DNA from: a virus
DNA length: 64,000 nt
Strand: one strand, 5' to 3'
IMG/VR virus record: IMGVR_UViG_3300043424_000108
Coordinates: 1 to 64,000 of that record
A program made the position numbers and the translations under genes. How positions within the stretch are numbered: the first letter of the stretch is position 1; the number at the start of each line of letters is the position of its first letter. Shown piece by piece: positions 55,326 to 64,000 of this stretch. Below the pieces are notes generated by a model, which did not search any database, was not told the origin of the DNA, and worked only from the letters and a program-made list of their open reading frames with translations.

Positions 55326-55706
55326 TTAAGTTAGTGTAAGTTGATACAAAGTGCTAGTAATCAAACTAATTACTTCGTCAATAGAGTTTTGTAAGTGAGT
55401 ATTCTCCATACCGAATACTCCACGATGCTTCATCATGTAGTCTTTCATGTAGATCAAGTGAGTTTTTGCATTCATATACTCGGATGCAGGAATCTTAAAG
55501 TTAAGTCTTTTACCTATTGTACCGAAGTAAGACTCTACGATATCATCAGTTAAGCCAATGATTTCAGTGTAGTAGCCGTCTAATGCTTTGTGCTCACTAA
55601 AAGAAGTAGTCTGCAAGTGTGCAATGTGAATGATGTCACGAGATTGGAACAACTGTCCAATTACTATCTCGGGTTTGACTGTGGTGAAAAGTTCTTTTTC
55701 TTTCAT
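55326..55706 (-). CDS. ferritin/Dps-like protein (DUF5856)
   Basis: HIAHLQT.SFSEHKALDGYY...DDIVESYFG...LQNSIDE...TLYQL. Confidence 0.8.
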   Translation of the reverse strand: MKEKELFTTVKPEIVIGQLFQSRDIIHIAHLQTTSFSEHKALDGYYTEIIGLTDDIVESYFGTIGKRLNFKIPASEYMNAKTHLIYMKDYMMKHRGVFGMENTHLQNSIDEVISLITSTLYQLTLT

Positions 55707-55710
55707 GGTA

Positions 55711-58700
55711 TTATGGGTTGGTTTGAGTTATTTGGATTGTATTTATAAACTTGAATCTAGAGTACTGATCTTGAATCAATCTTAGTTTAGCAAAGTCTGA
55801 CTTAATCTTAGACTTCTGGTAAGATACAGATACAGGTCTTACACTCTTAGTGTTTGGTACTTTATCTATAGGATACTGACTTACTAAGTCACTCCACTGA
55901 GTAGACCAAAGTGGTTGGCCATTTCCTTGCGCTGCAACGTTCCAAAATCCGTTAAAGGTATACAAGTGTTCTCTACGAGAGATAAGCGCTTCTATGCCCG
56001 TTGCTGTCATTCTAGGGTAGGTAATCTTCTGTCTAGTGTTACCGAACTCTTCAGGAATCAACTTAATGATACCAGAAGACTGTTCTTTGTTATAGATAAT
56101 CGCCTTAGTAAAGTTTGCTAAGTTCTTTTTATTTGCAGTAGACAAAGAATAATATTCGTAGTCAGAATAGTATTCTTGGATGTCTTGCATCAAAGTAACA
56201 GAGTTAACTGTAGATACTTGAGGGAATGAGTTTACATTATACTCTAGAATGTAAGGATAAAGTCTATTGTAGTAAGTTTGGTAAGTATAAATAGACAAGT
56301 TATGATTCCAAGTAGATGCTCCTGTAGAAGTATTAATTAAAGTTTGGAAATGACCAAGTAAAGGAACAAAGAAGTTTGGAAGGAAAGAATAGAAAGAGAT
56401 AAAGTTCTTTAACTTAGGTGAGTAAGCAACTGTCCAAGACTTATTCTCAAAGTAAGTAGGATCTCCAAAAGTAATAGTTACTTGAGTGTTACCTGACTCT
56501 AGTACGTACTTACGGTAATTACTATCCGAAGTATCTGTAATATATTTAATTACAGAAGAACTTCCTTCACGATACTGAGGCTTAACTCTGTAATCTAGTT
56601 TGGTAATAAATACCCTCTCGTATCTTTCATCCCAACCCATTACAATACCTAATCCAATAGCAGGATTGTCTATGTCTGCATTAGGGATATCTTTAAGAAT
56701 CTGGAAAGGTAAGTTTTGTTTAAACCAGTTGTAGTTGTTTTCTGTTTTAATCTCGTTAAACCCGTCTCCTGTAATCTGATAGATGTGACCACGTTTAGCG
56801 TCTACCCAGAATGTTCCATACTCACACTTAACGTAAGCTTTGTGTTGAGTTCCAATATAACCTAGATCACTCTTAGCAAGATCAACAGGCTTCTGCTTAA
56901 ACATTTCTGCATTACCAATCTCCAACTGATAAGGAGAAGTAGTGCTAAGAGTAATACGAGAGTTGTATACTTTAGTAGTATTCTCGAATCTAGCATATAC
57001 TCTTTCGTTTTCTCCTGCATTCAAATCAACTAGACGACCACCTTGCTTAGGGAAATCATAGAAGTTTCCTGGACGGAATACTCTCCAAGCATCTGAAAGA
57101 TAGTTAGAAGAGTTAGCAGGATCGGAATAGATTACACGGTTATGGTGAATAGAAAGACACTCTAAAGAAGGATACTTTAATCTGTAGGGAAGATTAGGAC
57201 TTAAGTTCTGTGCAGAATAAGTAGCGTTATAATGGTAGAAGTTGTCAAACTTGATAGGTACGTTAACTTCATGCAACCACTCATCTGGAATACCATCTCC
57301 TACATTAGGATAGAAGTTTTCTTCTAAGTCGTTTCTTCCATGACGTAGATCTACGTTGATATCAGACTCTACATAGAATACTGGAATACCGTAAGAAGCT
57401 GTATAGAAATAACCATTTCTAAGCAAAGAGTTCTCAATATTACTATCGTCTAAGTTTACTTTTGCTACATAGTCATTTAAAATACTAGCAAGTGATGTCG
57501 CAAAAGCGGTTGTAGCTGCTACAGAAAGAAGTTGTGTAGAAAAAGGAGGAGGTAAGGGAGGAAAGGGAGGAGGCGGAGGAGTAGGAGACAATGCAAGGGC
57601 AGTAAGTCCTACACCTGTTCCAAATGCCAAAATTGTTCCCGCAATGTCTCCTGCAGTAATAGACTCCGAAGAGTTACCTGCATAGTACGTAGGATACCCT
57701 AAGTTAGGATACAACCAATAGTCAAAAGGAACATTGTCTACCTTAGCTGGTAAGTTAGCAAGGTTACGAGTGAAGAAAGAGTGTTTACGCTTAAGTGCAA
57801 ACTGGTTGATATAAGTATCTCCTCCAAAAGCAGGATAGAAGGTTCTCTCTACTTTTAAGTATCCAGAATCGTCTACACTTACATCAGCACTGTATCCAGT
57901 AGAAACATATTTAATATTTTCTATAGGACCATACTGATTTGGGAAGTTTCTCTTAATAGAAGAATAGTAAGCTCTAGTATTTGATTCTACAATCTTTGAA
58001 GGATTATCTTCTAATCCTGCTTGAGAGATTGTAAATCTTGTTGTATCTCTAATTAAAGGGAAGTTGTTTGCTAGAGGCTCGTTTGTTTTTAGATAAACAG
58101 AAGTTTCTCTAAGTCTATTGTGTAGAGGAAAATCATCGTTTAACTCAACTATTTTATCATTAGCATAAAGTCCAATCTCTAATACACGTCTTTTGTCTCC
58201 TGTATTAGGAATAGACTCATACTTAGTATAGTTACCTACAGAGTTATATTGCCAGGCCAACTCTTTGTAGGGGAGAGCCTTTTCAATAAGTTCTTTTATA
58301 AGAGTAGTATTATTTAACAAGTCTACTATCTTTGTTTCATATCTTGTTTTAAGAGAGGAAGTAGTTCCGACTTGCGCTTCGCCATCTACAACATAAGATA
58401 AAACTGCTCCTATTGCTACAGAAAGGTTATTAGTGCCTTTACCGATAATTTTGTATTTAGGATGATCTAATACAGGAACAAAGTGACCCTTTACAATTCC
58501 ATATTCTAAGGTTTCTAATTTAAGCTCTGTGCCAATCTTAGGATATTGGAAGTGAGTATCAGGTGAATGGAAAGTAAATCTTTCTGTTCCATATAAAACG
58601 GAATTTACAAATCCAGTGTGAGTAGGGAAGTCAAACTCTCCCCTATCTCCTTTGTCGTAAAACTTAGAGTCTGTTTTGATAAAAGCATCAGGACCTCTAT

Positions 58701-60807
58701 CATTGTAGGGATAGTTAGGATAGTAGTAGTTCTTACCAGTGTCTTCGTCATGGAAGGTTCCTACGTCATACACAAGTCCCTTAGCAATAACTGATTTATT
58801 ATTTACACGATTACCTCTTACTAGTTCATAGCCACAGATAAGCTCACTAACAGGAATCTGATGATTACCATAAGTATTTAATGGATCGTATACAGTAGTG
58901 TTATTTACTATATTTTCAAATATTGTTTCTTGCACACGTACACCTATAGGATAGATGATTGCTTCAGCGTTCTTATGGATGTGTGTAATAGCACTATCAG
59001 GAAACTTGTGATGACGAATAGGTTGACCAGCTAAGTCCCCCCACACTTCCTCATAACAAGGATAAGTTTCAGTAGATTCCCAATAAGCAAATTGTCCTGC
59101 CTCTCCTGGTATAATAGCACACGAGTATTGTTCTTCTTGCTTGTTTGGAGGATTCTCAGAGTACATTAAACCTTTAGACCCTGTGTTGTATACTTGCCAT
59201 CTCTGAAATTCCCCTGTCTTAATACAATCATCCTCTACAGAAAAAACATCTTTGTTGTCTGGAGATTCTTTAGCTTTGTCGTTGTCGTTTTTAAGTCTTC
59301 CAGGAATATGGAATACGTCTGTATACTTACCGTTCTTTAGTTTAAACTTAATACCGAAAGGATAAACCTCGTCCCTTTGATAGGTACGGAAGAAGTAAGC
59401 GACTTCTGGATTAGAGTAATCAAACTTTTTATCTACTGGCATTTGTACAGTTTCCCACCTAAGTTGAATCTGATTTGCAATAGGTTGAAAGTTGTACTTA
59501 GGAGTCTCTACCAAATCAGCTAACATCAAGATGTCATTCTGTTTCTCAATAATCTCAGCATGTTCATAGTGAGGACTACGAATCAAAGGAACTATCGAGG
59601 AGAAAGTAGAAGAGTAATCTCCTGTATAAACTAAAGAGTCTGTTAAGCTAGATTGATTTACTCTGTAAGTACCTACCAGATGGTATGTAGTTACTTCGTT
59701 GATGTTCTCAGCAACAGTTAAATTAAAGTAATCGAAGATTGCAGTCTTATGATTAACAGAAACTCTGATAGACTTAGAAGTCTCGTACTCAGTTTGTTCA
59801 GTAATAGCTCTTTCAAAAATTGGAATAGGATTACAGAAATCAATATAATCTGTAAGTTCTTTACCATTTTCATCTGCATATGCTACTGAGAAAGAATACA
59901 CACCACCTTTAAGTCTTCCTCCTGAATCTACAGAAGTAGGATATACTTCAGGCTGACAGAAGTCTGGGAATAATTTTAAGCGCCCACAAGCGTCTGTAAG
60001 TTGATTTATAGGATCACCACATTGATCACGACCTAAAGGTTCCTCTATTGAGAAGTAACGAGGTGGAATATTACGTGCTACAAAATAAACTCTAGTCTCA
60101 CAGTTGTCTATACGATACTCTGCAAATACTGGAAAGTCTACTGATAACTTAAGGCAACAATACTCTGAGTCACAGACTGGATCTTCTGAGATTAAAGTCT
60201 TAGATAAAAGTTCTATGTCAGAAGTATAATTAGCACTTCTACCATCAAATCCGTAATAACCATTGGCCAAAATCCCAACAGTTTTGGGGTCCCCATTACA
60301 GTCTACGTAATTAATATCTTGATATTGACCATTGTTTCTTACTGCAAATCTATAGCAACCTACGTTATTAACACAACAATTATCTACAATCAACGGAGTA
60401 AATGTGCAGCAGGTGTCTGCACTAACTCCTATCTCAGAACCTACTGTACTAGTAACTACTGTACCAGATGCACAACCACAGTCTGTTTCAGATTCTGTTA
60501 AGGTTGTACAATCCTTAGTTAGATTAGTAATCTCTCCAATAAGAGACTTACCATTTGGGTGAGCTAAAAATACAACTAACTTAGATTGTTCTACAATATG
60601 TAAAGTTCCTACAATTTTGTATCCAGGATACTGAGTAGTAAAATCGTAACAGATCTGATTAGAAGGCTCATTAGTATATGTGGTAGAGTTACCATCATGA
60701 GACTGTACGTTTGCATTCAAGGCATACGTAATCATGTTCTCCTTGATCTGGTAATTAACCGAATCAAGGTTTAAACCTGCTATGTTCTGATTGATTTTAT
60801 TTTCCAT
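55711..60807 (-). CDS. tail stabilisation / muzzle protein (crAss-like)
   Basis: 1698 aa; GLNLD...YALNA, YQRDEVYPFGI, IRHHKFP, FHSPD, GGDTYI, SWTVAYS...FISFYSFLP. Confidence 0.85.
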   Translation of the reverse strand: MENKINQNIAGLNLDSVNYQIKENMITYALNANVQSHDGNSTTYTNEPSNQICYDFTTQYPGYKIVGTLHIVEQSKLVVFLAHPNGKSLIGEITNLTKDCTTLTESETDCGCASGTVVTSTVGSEIGVSADTCCTFTPLIVDNCCVNNVGCYRFAVRNNGQYQDINYVDCNGDPKTVGILANGYYGFDGRSANYTSDIELLSKTLISEDPVCDSEYCCLKLSVDFPVFAEYRIDNCETRVYFVARNIPPRYFSIEEPLGRDQCGDPINQLTDACGRLKLFPDFCQPEVYPTSVDSGGRLKGGVYSFSVAYADENGKELTDYIDFCNPIPIFERAITEQTEYETSKSIRVSVNHKTAIFDYFNLTVAENINEVTTYHLVGTYRVNQSSLTDSLVYTGDYSSTFSSIVPLIRSPHYEHAEIIEKQNDILMLADLVETPKYNFQPIANQIQLRWETVQMPVDKKFDYSNPEVAYFFRTYQRDEVYPFGIKFKLKNGKYTDVFHIPGRLKNDNDKAKESPDNKDVFSVEDDCIKTGEFQRWQVYNTGSKGLMYSENPPNKQEEQYSCAIIPGEAGQFAYWESTETYPCYEEVWGDLAGQPIRHHKFPDSAITHIHKNAEAIIYPIGVRVQETIFENIVNNTTVYDPLNTYGNHQIPVSELICGYELVRGNRVNNKSVIAKGLVYDVGTFHDEDTGKNYYYPNYPYNDRGPDAFIKTDSKFYDKGDRGEFDFPTHTGFVNSVLYGTERFTFHSPDTHFQYPKIGTELKLETLEYGIVKGHFVPVLDHPKYKIIGKGTNNLSVAIGAVLSYVVDGEAQVGTTSSLKTRYETKIVDLLNNTTLIKELIEKALPYKELAWQYNSVGNYTKYESIPNTGDKRRVLEIGLYANDKIVELNDDFPLHNRLRETSVYLKTNEPLANNFPLIRDTTRFTISQAGLEDNPSKIVESNTRAYYSSIKRNFPNQYGPIENIKYVSTGYSADVSVDDSGYLKVERTFYPAFGGDTYINQFALKRKHSFFTRNLANLPAKVDNVPFDYWLYPNLGYPTYYAGNSSESITAGDIAGTILAFGTGVGLTALALSPTPPPPPFPPLPPPFSTQLLSVAATTAFATSLASILNDYVAKVNLDDSNIENSLLRNGYFYTASYGIPVFYVESDINVDLRHGRNDLEENFYPNVGDGIPDEWLHEVNVPIKFDNFYHYNATYSAQNLSPNLPYRLKYPSLECLSIHHNRVIYSDPANSSNYLSDAWRVFRPGNFYDFPKQGGRLVDLNAGENERVYARFENTTKVYNSRITLSTTSPYQLEIGNAEMFKQKPVDLAKSDLGYIGTQHKAYVKCEYGTFWVDAKRGHIYQITGDGFNEIKTENNYNWFKQNLPFQILKDIPNADIDNPAIGLGIVMGWDERYERVFITKLDYRVKPQYREGSSSVIKYITDTSDSNYRKYVLESGNTQVTITFGDPTYFENKSWTVAYSPKLKNFISFYSFLPNFFVPLLGHFQTLINTSTGASTWNHNLSIYTYQTYYNRLYPYILEYNVNSFPQVSTVNSVTLMQDIQEYYSDYEYYSLSTANKKNLANFTKAIIYNKEQSSGIIKLIPEEFGNTRQKITYPRMTATGIEALISRREHLYTFNGFWNVAAQGNGQPLWSTQWSDLVSQYPIDKVPNTKSVRPVSVSYQKSKIKSDFAKLRLIQDQYSRFKFINTIQITQTNP

Positions 60808-60812
60808 TAAAC

Positions 60813-61655
60813 TTAGGAGATATAGAACTTATTAAAGCGAGTTCTGGTTCTAGCTACGTTATCTGCCATTTGTTGCTTAGTATAAGTCAACAAAAAGCCG
60901 TTAGCAGCTTGTAGTTTATTTAGTTGATCTTGTCTGTAGTACTGAAACTTGGATTCTACTTGACGCTGACTCTCGTCAACTACTGAATGCCAAAGTTGCT
61001 CAAAAAATTTAAACTTAAGATAAGACTTGATATACTCTTCAACCTCAAGAATTTCTGGCACCATAGGTAAGTTATCATCGTCCATTGGACGTGAGTAATA
61101 TCTAAGGTACACACAACCTGTTTCAAACGTAGCAGTAATGCTTTTATTGGGATAAATTTGTAAAACATCAGGAGAGGAAACACTCAAGTTCTCACATCCT
61201 TCTGTACAAAGGGCTTTAGAGCCATGGTACACACGAAGCATCTTAGGATGCTTCATAGTAAGTTTAAATCCAGGAGTAGGTACACTGATAGTCTCGTAGT
61301 AGTTTTCTTGCTTAGCGCAATCTCCTGCATCACAACCTCCTGTGCATTCGAGGTTTTGCCACCAGTACCCCTTCATGGAATTAACTCCTGCATACCACTC
61401 TACATCTGCATCATACAACAAGGCATGATCAAGTAGAGCAAAGTCACAAGGTAGTTCAGATTTATATCCAGAGAATGTAAGTACAGCTTCTTCAGGCTTA
61501 AGCACCATAACTCTAAGTTTACGGAGTGCCTGGTCTATAAAGGTGGGGATCAAAACCTCACTGATAGCACCAGCTTCAAAGTACGACTTAAGCTCCTGCT
61601 TAACTTCAGCAATTAGAGGTTCAGAAGAGATAAAGTTAGTGTTATCGTATTTCAT
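60813..61655 (-). CDS. tail ring protein
   Basis: ELPCDF, YLRYYS.P.DDDNLPMVP; upstream of muzzle. Confidence 0.75.
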   Translation of the reverse strand: MKYDNTNFISSEPLIAEVKQELKSYFEAGAISEVLIPTFIDQALRKLRVMVLKPEEAVLTFSGYKSELPCDFALLDHALLYDADVEWYAGVNSMKGYWWQNLECTGGCDAGDCAKQENYYETISVPTPGFKLTMKHPKMLRVYHGSKALCTEGCENLSVSSPDVLQIYPNKSITATFETGCVYLRYYSRPMDDDNLPMVPEILEVEEYIKSYLKFKFFEQLWHSVVDESQRQVESKFQYYRQDQLNKLQAANGFLLTYTKQQMADNVARTRTRFNKFYIS

Positions 61656-61659
61656 TGTT

Positions 61660-62163
61660 TTAGTATTGGGGAGGTGGTGAAATGTTTATTTTGTTATTAT
61701 TAATTGCGTCTGACAATGCCTTCTTATGTTTGTTAGACATTCTTAGATCGTAGAAACCAAATTGTACTACTCGTTTAGAATATGGATACAAGTGAAACTT
61801 ATAGATGGCACCATCGGTATGTGAGTTTCTATAAGGCACTTTGATACCCGTCTCTTTATAGTACTTCCAATTAATAATTGTATGTTTACCTTCTTTAAGT
61901 GCATTTTCAGTTTTTACAATTTTAATTGATCCAAAGTTTGGGAACCTCAGAGAGTATCTTCCTCGTAACAACCTCTCTATAAGTTTTAAGTGAATCTTCT
62001 TTGGAACACCACAAAACTGCTTATAGGTAATGTCTTTACGTTTAGTTTCTTTTAAGAACATGTGATAGGCTTTGAGACTGAGAAAGTTAGTATCTGAACT
62101 AGTGTCTCTTTCTTTCTGCCTAACGTGGGTTTGTTTGTTTGGTTTTATAAAGTCTTTCGACAT
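61660..62163 (-). CDS. IHF/HU-like protein of the crAss tail module
   Basis: LRFPNFGSIKIVK...INWK..KETG...NSHTDG. Confidence 0.7.
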   Translation of the reverse strand: MSKDFIKPNKQTHVRQKERDTSSDTNFLSLKAYHMFLKETKRKDITYKQFCGVPKKIHLKLIERLLRGRYSLRFPNFGSIKIVKTENALKEGKHTIINWKYYKETGIKVPYRNSHTDGAIYKFHLYPYSKRVVQFGFYDLRMSNKHKKALSDAINNNKINISPPPQY

Positions 62164-62165
62164 AA

Positions 62166-62807
62166 TTAGTTGGGTTCGTCTCTGTTGTTATCCTCTGTCT
62201 CATAAGGTAACTTATGATAGTTGATAAGCGACTGATTGCACATCTCGATCAATGTATCAGTCAAGTATCCAGGAAACTTAAACTGTTTGTCGTACATGCT
62301 CATACACTGACTACCGTCTAAGTCTTCGATAGACTCTGTAAAGTAAGCGTACATATTCACACACTCTACATCAGGATCCAACACATAAAGGTATCCATTG
62401 CGGATAGTATAGTATTTTTTTGGAACCTTAAAGCGTAAAGAATTGTGATTAATAAAATCTCTAATAGTAGTAGGAAAAAGTTCCTGCGAGTTAGAAGTGT
62501 TGAACACACCTTGGATAAAATAAGAATACAAGCCCTCATCAATGTTTGGTAGTTTGTTTTTAGTTCTACGTACAGGGCAATTCAAATCACACTCTGAACC
62601 AGGAGCTTCAATTAAGTGTACACACTCGTAGGCTTGGTAAACATTATCTGAAGTAAGCAACCTTCTTAGGTTGATTTCTCTTCTTAGTAATGTAGAAGCC
62701 TTAGTCTTAAGTAACCCGTATATATAACGGTCGCTAATCATGTCATCATCACTAACAAACTTGTTAGCACTTTTGACTCTAGCAATTAAATCCGAATTCG
62801 TGTACAT
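62166..62807 (-). CDS. tail ring/adaptor protein
   Basis: ISDRYIY...RTKNKLP...YYTIRNGYLYV; tail module position. Confidence 0.7.
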   Translation of the reverse strand: MYTNSDLIARVKSANKFVSDDDMISDRYIYGLLKTKASTLLRREINLRRLLTSDNVYQAYECVHLIEAPGSECDLNCPVRRTKNKLPNIDEGLYSYFIQGVFNTSNSQELFPTTIRDFINHNSLRFKVPKKYYTIRNGYLYVLDPDVECVNMYAYFTESIEDLDGSQCMSMYDKQFKFPGYLTDTLIEMCNQSLINYHKLPYETEDNNRDEPN

Positions 62808-62843
62808 GTCAGAATATAGTTTGGGTTAATTTAAGGTCTATTA

Positions 62844-62874
62844 CAAATATAATTTAATTTTAAAGTTAAGTCAA
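62844..62874 (-). promoter_or_regulatory. Bacteroidota-type promoter for the tail operon
   Basis: Minus strand TTGACT-N17-TATATTTG. Confidence 0.75.
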
Positions 62875-62888
62875 GAGTTTATTTAAGA

Positions 62889-62922
62889 ACTAGAAGAGCC
62901 CACTTTCGCAGGCTCCTACTAG
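62889..62922 (-). terminator. hairpin (terminator or structured RNA) with GAAA tetraloop
   Basis: CTAG-TAG-GAGCCTGC-GAAA-GTGGGCTC-TT-CTAG on the minus strand; weak U-tail. Confidence 0.55.
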
Positions 62923-62968
62923 CAAGATGACAGGAAAACCAACCAAAAAAACCCTGCCAAGATTTTTA

Positions 62969-64000
62969 TTATACTTTATAGGTGTTGCCGCCTAGTACAA
63001 TTTCTAAAGAGTCACCTGCTGAGAAACTCAAAGTTCCTGCAGGATTAACTAAGTAAATCAAAACACTGCCTCCAGACAAAGCTGCAAGACCTTGAGCAAC
63101 TGCTGTAGGAATTGAAGGAGAAGCTGCAGTGTAAGTATAGATTGCTACATGGAAGTACTCAGGATTAGTGTTTACATAACCAGCAGGAATATCCAAGAAA
63201 TCAATCAACTGATGGTGTGCCCAGCTAGTAGATCCAGTAATTTGTACTGCAAATGTTCCAGAGATAGTCACCATACCATTTACTCTGTGCAACTTAGGTA
63301 AGCTTCCAATTGAGTATCTAGTAGAAGGAACAACACTCATATTAGAAACAGTCCTAGGAGTAGTTATTCCTGTAGTGATACTTGAACCTGCTACTTCTAA
63401 GTTTACAGTAATGTCAGAAGCATTGTTTGCACGTGTGATTGCTACAGTACCTGCTGAAGAAGTAAAGATAAGTTCTTTGTTTACATACTCAGATCCATTC
63501 CAGAACAAACTGTGGTATGCTGCAGGAGAAGTAGAAGTTACATCAGCCAAAGAGCTAATAGAACAACTATTCAACTGAGAGCAAGTAAAGCGAACTCCTG
63601 AAGCCAAAGACACATTCAAACCATCAGAATCACTTGATGCTGTAAAGTCAGAAGCATTCAACTTCATCTTAAGTCTTCCCAATGTAGCAACAATCTTAGT
63701 TAACTGGTTAGAAAGAGTATCAGAAGTGTTAGTGTAGTTGAATGTATAACCGTAGTAAGGAGTAGTTCCAAAGTTAGTAGCCCAAGTTAAAGTGTAGTTT
63801 GTAGCTGGAATAGAAGCCAATGCTGTATTGATAGAACAGATTTGACTAGTAAACAAGATAGCTGCTGCACTCAAAGTACTTGTAGCAGAACCTCCTGTGA
63901 TACAAGAAGTATCAATAGAAGCAGGTACTGCACTACCACCTGAGATATAAGTCTTAAGATTATTAGCGTTTGTAGTTACTGCAGTTACGTTTGCATCTGT
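62969..64000 (-). CDS. structural / fibre-like protein, truncated at the window end
   Basis: Frame is open to base 64000; S/T/A-rich with LADV...L.WNG.EYVN repeat unit and beta-rich C-terminus. Confidence 0.75.
   Translation of the reverse strand, partial: TDANVTAVTTNANNLKTYISGGSAVPASIDTSCITGGSATSTLSAAAILFTSQICSINTALASIPATNYTLTWATNFGTTPYYGYTFNYTNTSDTLSNQLTKIVATLGRLKMKLNASDFTASSDSDGLNVSLASGVRFTCSQLNSCSISSLADVTSTSPAAYHSLFWNGSEYVNKELIFTSSAGTVAITRANNASDITVNLEVAGSSITTGITTPRTVSNMSVVPSTRYSIGSLPKLHRVNGMVTISGTFAVQITGSTSWAHHQLIDFLDIPAGYVNTNPEYFHVAIYTYTAASPSIPTAVAQGLAALSGGSVLIYLVNPAGTLSFSAGDSLEIVLGGNTYKV

Noticed and set aside
1-64000. Stop-codon reassignment and tRNA genes, known in some crAss-like phages
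   Set aside because: Genes are intact and densely packed under code 11, with TAG and TGA acting as stops; no cloverleaf seen in the short intergenic gaps

Overview
64 kb of a crAss-like (Crassvirales-type) podovirus genome infecting a Bacteroidota host, standard genetic code. The + strand (1-26.8 kb) carries three blocks. (1) An array of about 25 tiny, translationally coupled early genes joined by a recurring junction sequence. (2) thyA, a GNAT, and a Cys-motif protein paired with an M28 peptidase. (3) Replication, recombination and nucleotide genes: DnaB, Sak4-like ATPase, SSB, primase, DnaA-CTD-like, UDG, DUF932, NinG, PolA, NinB, DUF5664, PD-(D/E)XK exonuclease, dCMP deaminase, GroES and an Acb2/Tad1-like protein. 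A bidirectional terminator at 26.83 kb separates this from the - strand late block: metallophosphoesterase, lysis genes, giant ejected proteins including a 4262-aa virion RNA polymerase (DYDID), small basic cargo proteins, a Dps-like protein, and muzzle, ring and IHF-like genes. Bacteroidota-type TTG-N19/20-TAnnTTTG promoters recur. The most striking feature is a 621-nt element inserted in the conserved KKY|GKNNW motif of the DUF5664 gene. It carries its own promoter and an endonuclease VII ORF in a different frame, while the host frame stays open across all 207 codons. It shows no intein or group I intron hallmarks, so it looks like an overprinted, apparently splicing-free homing element. All family calls are from motif recognition by eye; no searches were run.
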